Assembly (NCBI RefSeq): GCF_006345805.1
Contig: NC_043006.1
Location: 11,160,001-11,224,000 of the forward strand
Length of the DNA: 64,000 bases
Origin: Octopus sinensis
Lineage: Eukaryota
Direction of reading: 5' to 3'
The position numbers were made by a program, and so were the translations under genes. The notes below the pieces were generated by a model. It did not search any database and was not told the DNA's origin. It saw nothing but the letters and a program-made list of their open reading frames with translations. This document shows positions 36,360 through 50,974 of this stretch, piece after piece (the first letter of the stretch is position 1; each line of letters starts with the position of its first letter).

Positions 36360-37330
36360 AATAATCTTTTCTACTGTAGTCACAAGGCGAGTATTATTGG
36401 AGGAAGGGATTAAGTCGATTACATCGACCCCAGTACTCAATTTGTACTTATTATGTAGACCCTAAAACGATGAAAGGCAAAGTCAACCTCGGTGGAATTT
36501 GAACTCAGAACATAAAGACGCACGAAATTCCGCTAAGCACGTTGACCAGCGTGCTAACGATTCTGCCAGCTCGCCGCCTTAATAATCATTTCTATTATAG
36601 GCACAAGGCCTGAAATTTTGGGGGAGGGAGAAAGTCGATTGTATTGACCCATGTATTTCACTGGTAATTAATTTATGGACCCCGAAATGATGAAAAGCGG
36701 AATTGGAACTTAGAACGTACCGGCAGACGGAATACCTATTTCTTTACTACCCACAAGGGGCTAAACATAGAATTGGGCAAACAAGGTCAGACAAAGGGAT
36801 TAAGTCGATTATATCGACCTCAGTGCGTAACTGGTACTTAATTTATCTACCCCGAAAGGATGAAAGGCAAAGTCGACTTCGACGGAATTTGAACTCATAA
36901 CGTAACGGCGGACGCAATACCTATTTCTTTACTACCCACAAGGGGCTAAACACAGAGAGGACAAACAAGGACAGACAAACGGACTAAGTCGATGTAGACT
37001 CTAAAACGATGAAAGGCAAAGTCGACCTTGGCGGAATTTGAACTCAGAACGTAGCGGCAGATGAAATACCCGGCGTGCTTACGTTTCAGCCAGTTCGCCG
37101 CCTTTGACAGACGCAATACCTATTTCTTTATTACCCACAAGGGGCTACACTCTGAGAGGACAAACAAGGAGAGACAAACGGATTAAGTCGATTACATCGA
37201 CCCCAGTGCGTAACTGGTATTTAATTTATCGATCCCGAAAGGATGAAAGGCAAAGTCGACCTCGGCGGAATTTGAAACTCACAACGTAATGGCAGACGAA
37301 ACACTACTAAGCATTTCGTCCGGCGTACTA
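36360..37330 (-). mobile_element. Cluster of SINE family U copies and units
   Basis: At least five gatgaaaggcaaagtcgacc-type cores in one orientation. Confidence 0.85.
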
Positions 37331-37346
37331 ACGATTTTGCCAGTTC

Positions 37347-37399
<53 letters not shown>

Positions 37400-37571
37400 G
37401 GACTTACAAACACATATAACATACAGAAAATTGCACTACTAGGCACTGCACACATCCTACGCAGAACACTTTCCATACAATAACCATCAGAGCATCACAA
37501 CACATACCCAAGGCACAGAGAGCTGCGCTCGGTAGTGAAGTGAAAGCACGCTATAAAAATAAAACTACTGA
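37400..37571 (+). mobile_element. Short Dong-A 3' end
   Basis: Matches 21978-22157 with small indels; (AAT)n on both sides. Confidence 0.9.
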
Positions 37572-38562
37572 ATAATAATAATAATAATAATTACAATGAT
37601 GATAATAACAACAACAACAACAATAATCTGCTACTATAGTTCACGAGGAATAATCGCCAACCTCAGCTTATTCTGAAAACAAGCATTTAGCACTGAACAT
37701 GTTTCTATAAACTTCTTGCTCGATTCTGCTTTTGCTGCTACGCCAAGGAATATATCATCAGAACTATCGGAGCGTAGTGGAAGGACAAAAGGAAAGTAGG
37801 CGTTTGTACGTGTGTTTTGTTATTTATGGCAGTGGAACAATGCGTTTGATTTTGATGTTTCTTGGAGTTTCGAGTTTTTGCTTTCTGTTAGTTTTGTTTG
37901 TTTTGGCAGGGAGCTTGCTTCTTTTCTTCATAGTTGGTGGTGGTGGGGGGTGGGGGCGATGGATTTTTCTACCCTATCGCCTCGAGTCATCGTCAAAAAT
38001 AACTTAGGAATATTTACAGTAGCAGAAGAAACATTTGTTAATAGGAAACAGAAAATGTAATTCGGATAATGTGTATGAATAAATGATAAGAAAAAAACCT
38101 ATATTCAATTACGAAAAATAAAACAAATAAAACAAAACAGTTAAAAACAGAAAGAGGGAGACAAACAAAGAGAGAGAGAGAGGAACAGGCACAGAGAGAG
38201 AGACAGAGAGACAAATATAAAACAGAGTCGAAAGAAAATTTCACATGCATTGCGAATATCGCAGGGAATGGTTAAATGGTTCTTGTACGAGCTAGTTGCC
38301 GTAAATAGTTTCCAAATACGAGTCAGGTTCAGTGTGTCATCTTTATTTAATACAAAGGTTGTTGTTGTTCTCGCTGCTGTTTTAGCGTTGTGTTTTTTAT
38401 TTCCGGTCAAAATTTTGGTCTAAAAAGAATGAAAATAACAACAATTACTATATTAATGATAGATATAGTCTGGACCATGTTTTGTTGGCACCGAACTTGA
38501 TATTTTGCAACATGTACATGTTACTATGTTATATCTTAGCCATTAATATTATTACTAACCGG

Positions 38563-40130
38563 CATGTGAGGCAACGAGCTGGCAGAAACGTTAGCACGCC
38601 GGGCGAAATGCGTAGCAGTATTTCGTCTGTCTTTACGTTCTGAGTTCAAATTCCGCCGAGGTCGATTTTGCCTTTCATTCTTTCGGGGTCGAGTAAATAA
38701 GTACCAGTTACGCACTGAGGTCGATGTAATCGACTTAATCCGTTTATCTGTCCGTGCTTGTCCTCTCTGTGTTTAGCTCCTTGTGGGTAGTAAAGAAATA
38801 GGTATTTCATCTGCCGATACGTTCTGAGTTTAAATTCCGCCCGGGTCGACTTTGCCTTTCATCCTTTCGGCGTTGATTAAATAAGTACGTTACGCACTGG
38901 GGTCAATATAATCAACTTAATCCGTTTGTCTGTCCTTGTTTGTCCCCTATCTGTTTAGCCCCTTGTGGGCAATAAAGAAATAAGAATCGTTAGCCCACCG
39001 AGCAAAATGCTTAGCGGCTTTTCGTCTGCCTTCACATTCTAAATTCAAACTCCATCGAGGCCGATTTTGCCTTTCATTATTTCGGGGTCGAATAAATAAG
39101 TGCCAACTGAGAACTGAGGTCGGTGTAATCGACTTGTCCTTTCCCCACAAATTTCGGGCCTTGTGCCATTAGTAGAAAGGATTATTATTATTATTATTAT
39201 TATTACTAAGCGGCGTGAAAGGCAACGAGCTGACCGAATCGTTAGCATGTCAGACAAAATGTTTTGCGGCATTTCGTACGTCTTTACGTTCTGGGCTAAA
39301 ATTCCACCGAGGCCGAATTTGCCTTTCATCCTTTCAAGGTCGATAAAATACGTCCCAGCTGTGCACTGGGGTCGGTATAATCGACTTATCCTCTCTCCTT
39401 AAATTGCTGGCCTTGAGTCAAAATTTTGAGCCATTAGTATTATTTTTAACCTGTATGTAAGGCAAAATCCTTAACACACCGCATTTCATCTGTCTTTATG
39501 TTCTGAGTTCAAATTCCGCCGAAGTTGACTTTACCTTTCATCTTTTCGGGGTCGATGAAATAAGTACCAGTTAAGTACTGAGGTCGATGTAATCGATTAT
39601 GCACCTCCTCCAAGTTTCGCGCTTTGTGTCTATATTAGAAAGGATTATTGCAAAGCTGTGTTAAGCGGCGAGCTGGCAGAATTGTTAACACACAGGACGA
39701 AATGCTTAACGGCATTCCGTCCGTCTCTACGTTCTAAGGTCAAATTCCGCCGAGACAGAATTTGTCTTTCATCCTTTCGAGGTCGATAAAATAAGTACAA
39801 GTTGATCACTGAGGTCGACTTAATCGACATACTCCATCTCCCGAACCTGATAGTCTTATGGATATATTAGAAGGAATTATTACTAACCCTTGGCCAAATC
39901 GTTTGTGCATCGGGTAAAATGCTTAACTGGAACTTTTTCCGGTTCTTTGCGTTCTGAGTCGCAGAGGTAGACTTTGCCTTTCATTTTTTCGATAAAATAT
40001 ATACCACATGAACACTGGAGTCGATGTAATTGATTTATTCCTTCCTTCCCCACTAAAATTCAATGCTTTGTGTCAAAACTACAAAGAATCATTATTACTG
40101 ACCCTCCAAGGGCAACGAGCAGCCAAAACT
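38563..40130 (+). mobile_element. Head-to-tail train of about 7 diverged SINE family U copies
   Basis: Repeated gttctgagttcaaattcc / gcctttcatc..ggggtcgat cores separated by short ATT spacers. Confidence 0.8.
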
Positions 40131-40186
40131 GTTGGCGGAAAAGATATTTGTGGTATTTCTTACTATTTTACTTTTCACTTTTTGTG

Positions 40187-40345
40187 GCTGTGAGAGACAG
40201 GTACTAGATTTTAAGGTATTCGTTTCCTGTGTTTGTGAGAAATAGATACTAGATTTTGAGGAGTCTTCTTCTTTAGCTGTGGAAAACAGGAACTAGATTT
40301 TAGGGTCTCAACCCCTACAGCTGTGAGAAACAGTTACTAGATGTT
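40187..40345. repeat. 44-45-bp repeat with a conserved half and a variable half
   Basis: GTGAGAAACAG.TACTAGATTTT-like motif at 40190, 40235, 40279, 40323. Confidence 0.7.
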
Positions 40346-40444
40346 AAAGCAAAGTTACTTGTCATAAATAACGCAATTTGTCTGTCATTTCTTTTATGAA
40401 AACATTAGGTTAATTAGTTCGAAGGACTCTAGTAGTTAGTGAGT

Positions 40445-40824
40445 GGAGGCGCAATGGCCCAGTGGTTAGGGCAGCGGACTCGCGGTCGTAAGATCGCGGT
40501 TTTGATTCCCAGACCGGGCGTTGTGAGTGTTTATTGAGCGAAAACACCTAAAGCTCCACGAGGCTCCGGCAGGGGATGGTGGTGATCCCTGCTGTACTCT
40601 TTCACCACAACTTTCTCTCACTCTTACTTCCTGTTTCTGTTGTACCTGTATTTCAAAGGGCCGGCCTTGTCACTCTCTGTGTCACGCTGAATATCCCCGA
40701 GAACTACGGTAAGGGTACACGTGTCTGTGGAGTGCTCAGCCACTTACACGTTAATTTCACGAGCAGGCTGTTCCGTTGATCGGATCAACCGGAACCCTCG
40801 TCGTCGTAACCGATGGAGTGCTTC
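40445..40824 (+). mobile_element. tRNA-Arg-like SINE, head A + tail 1
   Basis: TSD ctagtagttagtga at 40429-40442 / 40825-40838. Confidence 0.92.
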
Positions 40825-42224
40825 CTAGTAGTTAGTGAAAGATTTATTTTAACAGTAACACATTTCTGTAAATATACATAATATGTATGCGTGTCTTTGA
40901 GTGTTTCGCCCACCGCTTCACAACCTACGCTGGTTTCCTTCTATTTATGTAACTCGGCGATTCGGTAATAGAAGCCGATAGAATGATTATCAGATTCTCA
41001 AATAAATTCTAAGGTCGATTTAGTTCGACTAAACCCTTTATAGCAGTGCCCCAGTATTACCGCAGTCCCATGACTAAGGCAAGTAAAAGATAAAAGATAA
41101 ATACAACTGAGATAATTACTATCATCACGCGTTCATGATACAACTGTTCCATAAATGAGAAGCCATATGGTCTTTATAAATTATCAATGATATTAGCATC
41201 GAGAATCGTCTGTCAAAAGTAAGATTAGATGTATACAAACATTCTGACGACTGCATCGACCACAACAAAAACATCAGCATAGCGAATGATATCGGAATAA
41301 CAACGAAATATGTTGCCGTTCAAAGAAGAACATCAAAGAAGAACTGGAAATGGACAAACAAAATATTTATGGATTAGATATAGTTTCTTACACTGGCATA
41401 ATACAAAGCCATAAATTCGACTGCCACAGGGAATACAAAAATAAATAAATAACGGTAATAGCAGCAAGAAAGACAACCATATCATTGATTATGTTAAATG
41501 ATAACAACAATTACAACAACAAACACTTGTAATATAATAATGATTTCAATAATCAGAGAAGAAAAACCAAAGCTAATTATCATTTCTAACGTTTGCAAAA
41601 GATCACAAATATTGGATTCATATTTTGGTAGAGGACTAGCTATTTAGGGTCACGAGTAAGTCATTTAAATCGACCCCAGTGTCCAACTGGTACTTATTTT
41701 TGTCCCAACGATTCTGCCAGGTTGCCGTCTTAAACGTCAGAGATATTGGTCCCAAATTTTGGCGCAAGGCCGGCAAATTTAGAGAAGAGATAAGTCATTT
41801 ATATCGACTCCAGCGTTGAACTGGTATCTATTTTATCGATACCAAGTGGACGGAAGGCAAAGTCAACCTCTGAACTCAGAGAATAAAGACGAACGAAATT
41901 CCGCTGAGCATTTTGCTAACAATACTGAGCATTTTTTCGGTTCACCGCCTTAAATATTACAAATATCGATTGGACACATGTAATCGATTTGATAGACCTC
42001 AGTACATGACTGGTAGTCATTTTCTCCATCCTGAAGGAATAAAAAAAATAAAGTGAACACTGTTAAGATTTGAGGTCAAACTGAAATTAAATCATGATTA
42101 CTTCAGTAATTAGAATTTTTAATTAACAAAGATGACGACAACAATAAGAGTAAGAACGAAGAGAATTAAACAAACAACAGACACTAATGATTTCTGTCGG
42201 AAACACATCTTTTAACCTATATTT

Positions 42225-42785
<561 letters not shown>

Positions 42786-43446
42786 ACGCGGCCATGCCTA
42801 CGCCTGTGGAATATTACGACAAAAAATTCGAGTTGACATGGTTTTTATAATGGGAACATAATTTACCGGTTCAACGGGTATAAAAAAAGTATAGAGTTCT
42901 TGGAGGGTATGAACGCAGAGTATTCTAAGAACGAAATTCTACATATCTAAACATATTTAACCCGGAGCTATACCTTCTTTGTCAATCGAATTCCACAAGA
43001 AAAATCAATATTATCGATTTTAGAAAATTAAAAGAAATCAGTGATTCAGGGTCAATACGTTCTTAGTAAAGGAATCAACGGAACTGGGAGTAAATTTGCA
43101 CTGTTAGGCAAATACGTTTGATGGCCTTGCTGCAAGTATGTATGTTACAGTCGAAGATGCACTCAGCTTAGACAATGAAAGAATAAAAACAATATGGTGT
43201 CCAATTCTTGCAGTTCCCAGCATGCAGCTTTTCATGTTAGCTAGAGAGGCACATCTGTAGATTTGATTTAGCTTTGAGTTGATCCGGGTTTTGTCAATGC
43301 TCTGTGACAAGATGTCTAAGCCGATTGCCTGCGAGGATCTGTTTCTTAAGTGCTTTCCAGACAATTCGGAAGCATGTGGATCAAGGAATATTCGAGAGAG
43401 CGTAGAAAGAAAACGGGAATAAATGAAAGTAAAGTATTATGTATGC

Positions 43447-43529
<83 letters not shown>

Positions 43530-44077
43530 GTGTGTGTGTGTGTACATGTAGGAAACTAGAAAGAAAACGATAATAAATAATAGTATGTCTATACATATGT
43601 ATATATGTGTCTGTGTGTAAATGTATATTTATGCATATATATGTATTTATGGAGTGGTTAATATATACGTGTAGGCATATATGTGCATATATATATATAT
43701 ATATATGTGTGTGTGTCTGTGTGTGTGTGCTTGCATGTACACGTGTAGGTGTGGAATACGCAGATTCTTTTTGTTTGTATTTTTTGTTTTTCATTGTCAA
43801 AGCAGGGAAAACAAATTAATGTGTATTTGATATTGTAAGCATGTCGAGCGTATTTTGTTTTTCCCTCTGTAAGAATATATTTGCGTGTTTAATAACATGA
43901 ATTAATAATACTATATACAGCAGTTGTGTGTCAGTGGGATTTTTCTGTGAAGATGTATGTATGTGTGCGGCGGAGATGATGCAGATATAGATATAGACAG
44001 AATATTTTAGAATCAGAACAAACTGCATCGTCACAAGACAAGAATGTTCAATGAATTCCTTATATATCTACATACGG

Positions 44078-44180
<103 letters not shown>

Positions 44181-44299
44181 AGGGACTTAAAATATAAGTG
44201 CTTCGTACGCTGAACATATCAAACCTTTATATATTTATGTACGTAGATGCGTGTGTGCGTGGGTGAGTATATCTCTCTCTATATATATATGTGTGTGTG

Positions 44300-44331
<32 letters not shown>

Positions 44332-44384
44332 TACATATATATACATATATATACATATATATACATACATATATATATAATATA

Positions 44385-44428
<44 letters not shown>

Positions 44429-44453
44429 GGGGTGTATATATATACGACGACGA

Positions 44454-44715
44454 GGGTTCCAGTTGATCCGATCCTCCGATCGTGAAATGAATGTGCATTT
44501 GGCTGAGCCCTCCACAGACACTTGTACGCCTAACGTAGATCTCAGAGAGATTCAGCGTGACACAGAATGAGACAAGGCTGGCCCTTTAAAATACACCTAT
44601 TATTCATTTTTGCCAACTGAGTGGGCTAGACCAACTTCAAATAAAGTGTCTTTCTCAAGGGCACAACGCATCACCGGGTATTTGAACTCACAGCCTAATG
44701 ATTGCGAGCCGAACT
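44454..44715 (-). mobile_element. SINE, head B + tail 1
   Basis: Reverse: gcgttgtgcccttgagaaagacactttattt..ggcaaaaatgaat joined to gtattttaaagggccagccttgtc..gaaccctcgtcgtcgt. Confidence 0.7.
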
Positions 44716-44820
44716 CCCTAACTACTAACTTCATACCCTAACTTCACATATATATTTATAGTGAAGGCCTCGCCCTTCAAATAACCATTTGACCTTATTA
44801 TATACATCTTTCTCAACTTT

Positions 44821-45203
44821 AGGCGGCGCGCTAGCAGATAAGTTAGCACGCCGGGCGAAATGCTTTGCGGTATTTCGTCCGCCGCTGCGTTCTAAGTTCA
44901 AATTCCGCCGTGGTCGACTTTGCCTTTCATTCTTTTGGGGTCGATAAATTAAGTACCAGTTACGCACTGGGGTCGATGTAATCGACTTAATCCGTTTGTC
45001 TGTCCTTGTTTGTCCCCTCTGTGTTTAGCCCCTTGTGGGTAGTAAAGAAATAGGTATTTCGTCTGCCGTTATGTTCTGAGTTCAAATTCCACCGAGGTCG
45101 ACTTTGCCTTTCATCCTTTCGGGGTCGATAAATTAAGTACCAGTTACGCACTGGGGTCGTTTGTCCCCTCTGTGTTTAGCCCCTTGTCGGTAATAAAGAA
45201 ATA
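44821..45203 (+). mobile_element. SINE family U, dimer (second unit internally deleted)
   Basis: 22-bp TSD with 1 mismatch at 44799-44820 / 45204-45225. Confidence 0.9.
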
Positions 45204-45705
45204 TATATACATCTTTCTCTACTTTTCCTCCACTTCTTTCTTCTCTCCTCATATTCCTCCACCACTTTTTCACGCTTTTACTCTACCTCTCACTCACTCC
45301 ACCTCCGGCTCTCTAACTAAAGTATAACGGGTGAAAGAACAAGTAAATCATTATATAGATTTACGTGTGTGTATATACAATTAGAAAGGTCGAGGGATAG
45401 TGTATACTACTACTATTAGGATCCAATACAAGTGGCTCTTCTTAAAATAAAGATGGTAAATATTAAGATAAACGAACTCACCGCCTTCAAAAATGGACTT
45501 CATCGTACAACAATCTCGTCTCGCTTATCATGTCTACGTCTGCGTTATCGTCTGTTTTGTGTCTTGTCAGATCATTTTGTATATCTTCACTATGACGTCA
45601 GCTTTGGTCTTCAACTGTTAGCTTTCAACAATGAAGCTTCTATTCCAGTACTTAGTACGAACTCCATTCTGGACTGTAAAGATTTAGTTTTCGTCTTTCC
45701 ATACC

Positions 45706-45950
45706 TATTTCTTTACTACCCACAAGAGAGTAGTAAAGAGGGGACAAACAAGGACAGAGGGGACAAACAAGGACAGACAAACGGATTAAGTCGATTGCAT
45801 CGACGCCAGTGCGTAACTGGTACTTAATTTATCGACCCCGAAAGGATGAAAGGCAAAGTCGACCTCGGCGGAATTTGAACTCAGAACGTAATGGCAGACG
45901 AAATACCGCTAAACATTTCGTCCGACGTGCTAACGATTCTGCCAGCTCGT
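45706..45950 (-). mobile_element. SINE family U, monomer
   Basis: TSD tcgtctttccatacc at 45691-45705 / 45953-45967. Confidence 0.9.
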
Positions 45951-46634
45951 CATCGTCTTTCCATACCGATTGACCACCCTATCATTGCCTTCATCCACAC
46001 TTACCTGACTGCACAACCTAGATGAAACAAAGAACATTTTCTAACTCATTAACGTTGACTGTAATCTTTATATTATCTTCACATTACTCTTTTATAGTTT
46101 TACTCATTTTTGGCATTACAATGTAAGCCAACCATCTCTAATGGGATCTTAACAGATTCGTGCATTTTTACAAATTTCTTCCTTCCCTTGTGTCTGGGGA
46201 GAGTCATTTTCTTTTTGTGCCTTATAATTTAACACACACACCGGTAAAATTTCCACTTATTTCTTATTTTTATTTTCCTAAAATTTTCGTTGCGCCTTGC
46301 AACCTTTTCAATAGTCTTGACTCTTCTTTCCATATTAACTAAATATCAACATTTCAAATGAGGTAACAGCTTGTATTGTCTCTAATGAGTTGGTGTCCTT
46401 CCCAACTGTAATAGCAATAACAAAACTGAAGAGGTATGGAAACATGCTACAACATCGTCATAACCAAAATGGTCTGCCATTCCCTCGTTAATACGCGTAG
46501 GCGATAATTTAAATATTTATACGTTGCCTCTGTTATGTTTATTAATTTTTCGGGTATTCCGTAATTTCTGACGATTGTCCACGTTACATTTCTGGTCACA
46601 TTGCCAAAAGTCTACAGGAAGTCAACAATTATAT

Positions 46635-46950
46635 AGGCGTAGGAGTGGCTGTGTGGTAAATAACTTGCTTACCAACCACATGGTTGGCACCTTGGACAAG
46701 TGTCTTCTACAATAGCCTCGGGCCGACCAAAGCCTTGTGAGTGGATTTGGTAGACGGAAACTGAAAGAAGCCCATCATATATATGTATATATATCGCCTG
46801 ACAACCGATGCTGGTGTGTTTACGTCCCCGTAACTTAGTGGTTCGGCAAAAGAGACCGTTAGAATAAGTACTAGGCTTACAAAGAAAAAGTCCTGGAGTC
46901 GATTTGCTCGACTAAAGGCGGTGCTCCAGCATGGCAAATGACTGAAGCAA
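46635..46950 (+). mobile_element. SINE family M with internal deletions
   Basis: Head aggcgtaggagtggctgtgtgg, core and tail motifs. Confidence 0.85.
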
Positions 46951-47484
46951 TTTTTAAAAATAAGAAAAAAAAGAGTAATTAATAGGTGAAAGCCATTTGT
47001 ATTCGACGGTGGTGGTCTTTCATTGTGTGTCGCAAGACGAATCTAGCCGTAGAGCAGGATCTCTTTCATCGAAATCCAGAGTTTTGGTCTGTTAGAATAA
47101 CGTTAAATGTCTGCCTCTTCTTCAAAATCATACTTGAAAGCAGCTGCTTTTGACCACAAACAGAGATATTCCTCTCCCGATTGATCAATAACCGAGATAT
47201 AATAATTATTCGGGAATTCCATAATGATCGTTGGGGGGGGAGGTGGTGCTTTTCTTTAAAATTTCCTGTATTTTCTCATCACGCCCGATCACTTTCAAGT
47301 CAGTTCGACATGTGAAACCGTTACTCCAGACACATTTTTCCCTCTTCGTTTATTTACTCCTGTTTTTTTCCTCCGTTTTCTTTTCCTTATTCCTTTCTAT
47401 CGAAGAGAGTGAGCACGAAAGGTCGAAGACTTTTCCATTTTCCCTAAGTGTCGAACTAATGCACCTTGTTCGCAGTTCTATCAC

Positions 47485-47863
47485 CTCTTTTACTCTTTTA
47501 CTTGTTTCAGTCAGCTGACTGCGGCCATGCTGAAGCACCGCCTTTAGTCGAGCAACTCGACCCCGGGACTTATTCTTTGTAAGCCCAGTACTTATTCTAT
47601 TGGTCTGTTTTGCCGAACCACTAAGTGACGGGGACGTAAACACACCAGCATCGGTTGTCAAGCGATATATATACATATATACGATGGGCTTCTTTCAGTT
47701 TCCGTCTACCAAATCCACTCACAAGGCTTTGGTCGGCCCGAGGCTATAGTAGAAGACACTTGCCCAAGGTGCCAACCATGTGGTGTGACATAAATGCCAG
47801 GGGGACAAACACAGAAACACAAGCAATGCCAGGGGGACAAACACAGAAACACAAACATACACG

Positions 47864-47929
<66 letters not shown>

Positions 47930-48096
47930 CACGACGGGCTTCTTTCAGTTTCCGTCTACCAAATCCACTCACAAGGCTTTGGTCGGCCCGAGGCTATAGT
48001 AGAAGACACTTGCCCAAGATGCCACGCAGTGGGACTGAACCCGGAACCATGTTGTTGGTAAGCAAGCTACTTACCACACAGCCACTCCTGCGCCTA
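47485..48096 (-). mobile_element. SINE family M with a duplicated core
   Basis: ~90-bp core at 47679-47768 repeated at 47929-48018. Confidence 0.85.
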
Positions 48097-48277
48097 TGTT
48101 TATCTTTTACTTTTTGCACCTTTGAACCATGATCAAGTTAAGTAGCTTTACCTCCCTAGATTCCCTCCCATATTTATGAATCTTATCATCAGGGGATCCC
48201 TCCATAATCGTAGCTGTGTGTATTTCCAAGCTGTTCAGACTCCCTACCATCTGATTCCGTCAATATTTATCTCAAGA

Positions 48278-48506
48278 AAGGCGGCGAGCTGGCTGAGTCG
48301 TTAGCACGCCGGGCGAAATGCGTAGCCGTATTTCGTCTGCCGCTACGTTCTGAGTTCAAATTACGCTGAGGTCGACTTTGCCTTTCATCCTTTCGGAGTC
48401 GATAAATTAAGTACCAGTTTCGCACTGGGGTCGATGTAATCGACTTAATCCCTTTGTCCTTGTTTGTCCCCTCTATGTTTAGCCCCATGTCGGTAGTAAA
48501 GAAATA
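48278..48506 (+). mobile_element. SINE family U, monomer
   Basis: TSD aatatttatctcaaga at 48262-48277 / 48507-48522. Confidence 0.9.
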
Positions 48507-49142
48507 AATATTTATCTCAAGATCATTAAAATAATCAGTCCCAAGTAAAAACAATTATCCACTTTGTAATGCCCTACCCATTTATTTTTATTTACAATCC
48601 CTTTTGTCATCCCTTTTACCACTTACAAGAACGCTTCTATTGCTTCTTCCATATCCCATTGAATAAATTACCTACATACAGTTCTTTAATCATTTCTTCT
48701 CGTGGCGCTTTATACATTACATTTTTTTCCTGGCTTTCTATCCACATTCTTTAACTTCGAAACAAGTTTCTTTAATTTTCTGTCCACTACTTTATACTTC
48801 TCTTTAATGTTTTCTATGATATCTGCTTTGGCTTTATTATTGTCACTAATCTATAAAACATCCCACGTCTCTGGCCATATCTAATGTTATTACATTTCCC
48901 TATGTATATTTCTGTTCTATTTTTGGTTCTCTCAATTGTAATGTCTTTCCATTTCCTTCAGTACTGATATATATGTTTCTCCATTTAATGCGACATAACG
49001 AGTCTAGATCTTTCTGATACGATTCTCTAATTCTACTTCCATTTAGTTTGCTAATAACAAAAGATTTTGTTGCTTCTTTATGTATACATACCTGTATGTA
49101 TGTATGTATGTATGTATGTATGTATGTATGTATGTATGTATG

Positions 49143-49174
<32 letters not shown>

Positions 49175-49776
49175 TGTATGTATGTATGTATGTATACCTG
49201 CATGTATGTATGTCAGTAACAGTTAAGCTTCGTGCGAGGGGGTAGCCATCATGTATGTATGTATGTATTATGTATGTATGTATGTATGTATGTATGTATG
49301 TATGTATGTATGTATGTATGTATGTATGTATGAAAAAATTTCTTCAGTTTTATCGAAATAACTACTTTCAAGAGACAGGCATCTGAACCAATGTCTGTTC
49401 GTCTGAAAAACACACACGAATTTCAAACAGATTTTTTTTCCATCAAAAACAGATGAAATTAATCTCGTTCCCGAAGTTACCAATCAGAAATGTTCGAGTT
49501 TTCTTATGATCAATAAACACTTTGGTTATGGAGTGATTTTATTTGCTACAGAATTCTAAGAATTTCAATCCGTTGTCTGCCAACAGTTCTATCAAGAATT
49601 GACCAATCATCGTCTCCCATCCATTTTTCCCTTACTTGTATCAACAGGTCACTAACGCCGCCATAAGTTTTACAAATTTACGTCAAGGTATTTCCTCTAG
49701 TATGGCTTTCAAGTAAAAATAAAAGTTTTCTTTCATCGGTGTTATTTGAACCAGTTTTGATTTGACATGGACTATT

Positions 49777-50010
49777 AAGGCGGCGAGGTGGCAGAAACGT
49801 TAGCACGCCGGGCGAAATGCTCAGCAGTATTTCGTCTGTCGTTACGTTCTGGGTTCAAACACCGCCGAGGTCGACTTTGCCTTTCATCCTTTCGGGGTCG
49901 ATAAATAAAGTACCAGTTGCGCACTGGGGTCGATGTAGTTGACTTAATCACTTTGTCTATCTTTGTTTGTCCCCTCTATGTTTAGCCCCTTGTGGGCAAT
50001 AAAGAAATAT
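49777..50010 (+). mobile_element. SINE family U, monomer
   Basis: Full head and unit. Confidence 0.85.
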
Positions 50011-50074
50011 ATATTATGAGTCATATTGTGATGGTGCCGTTGGATCTAGGCTACCAACTCAAAAATGACTTTTG

Positions 50075-50422
50075 AGTGGTAAGAAGCTTGCTTCCCAACC
50101 ACATGGTTCTGGGTTCTGTCCCACTGCATGCTACGTTGGCCAAGTGTCTTCTGCTATAGCCTCGGGTCAACCAAAGTTTTGTGAATGGATTTAGTGGACG
50201 GAAACTGAAAGAAGACCGTATATATGTATGTAAGTACGTATGTATGTGTGTACGTATATATGTATGTATCTATATATATAAAAATACAAAATGGGACAAG
50301 AATGCAAAACCTCCAGACAGTTAGGTGATACAAGAAAGGGACGTCCCTTTCTTGTATCACCAAACTGTCTGAAGGTTTTGCATTCTTATCCCATTTTGTA
50401 CATATATATTTATATATATGTA

Positions 50423-50498
<76 letters not shown>

Positions 50499-50770
50499 CG
50501 GCGTACGTACACTTTGGTCTCTTATATGTATGTATCTATCTATGTGTCTATGTGTGTGTGTGTCTTTGTGTCCGTGTTTGTCTCCCACCACTGCTTGATA
50601 ACCGGTGTTTGTGTGTTTGCGTCCCTCTAACGTAGCGGCTCGGCAAAAGATACCGATAGATTAAATACTTGGCTTAACAAATAAGTCCTGGGGTTGATTT
50701 CTTCTACAAAACCCCTTCAAGGCGGTGACCCAGCATGACCGTAGTCAAATGACAGAAGCAAGTGAAAAAA
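50075..50770 (+). mobile_element. Diverged SINE family M hosting a palindromic insert
   Basis: Head, core and tail motifs flank an expanded TA tract. Confidence 0.8.
50285..50400. mobile_element. 116-bp zero-spacer palindrome (probable TA-targeting MITE)
   Basis: 58-bp arms centred on gggac|gtccc, 3 mismatches, TA ends. Confidence 0.85.
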
Positions 50771-50974
50771 TAAAAGATATTGTAGTATGATATTGTAGTC
50801 TTTAATAATGTTTGTCATCTTTACAGTGAATTAAAGTATTATTCCACAGTCCTAGTTTATCCTGTCCCATTTGCTTCACATTACCCATACTCCAGAATGG
50901 AAACACATTATTTCTCTACTTCCCTGAATGTCTGGTCTATCTTGCCTTCTTGAGTAAACTTTTGGGTCATACAT

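Noticed and set aside
40187-40345. CRISPR array
   Set aside because: Eukaryotic context, imperfect repeats, only four units, no cas genes. Kept only as a repeat.
42930-43080. TTAACCC as a piggyBac terminus
   Set aside because: No matching second terminus found.
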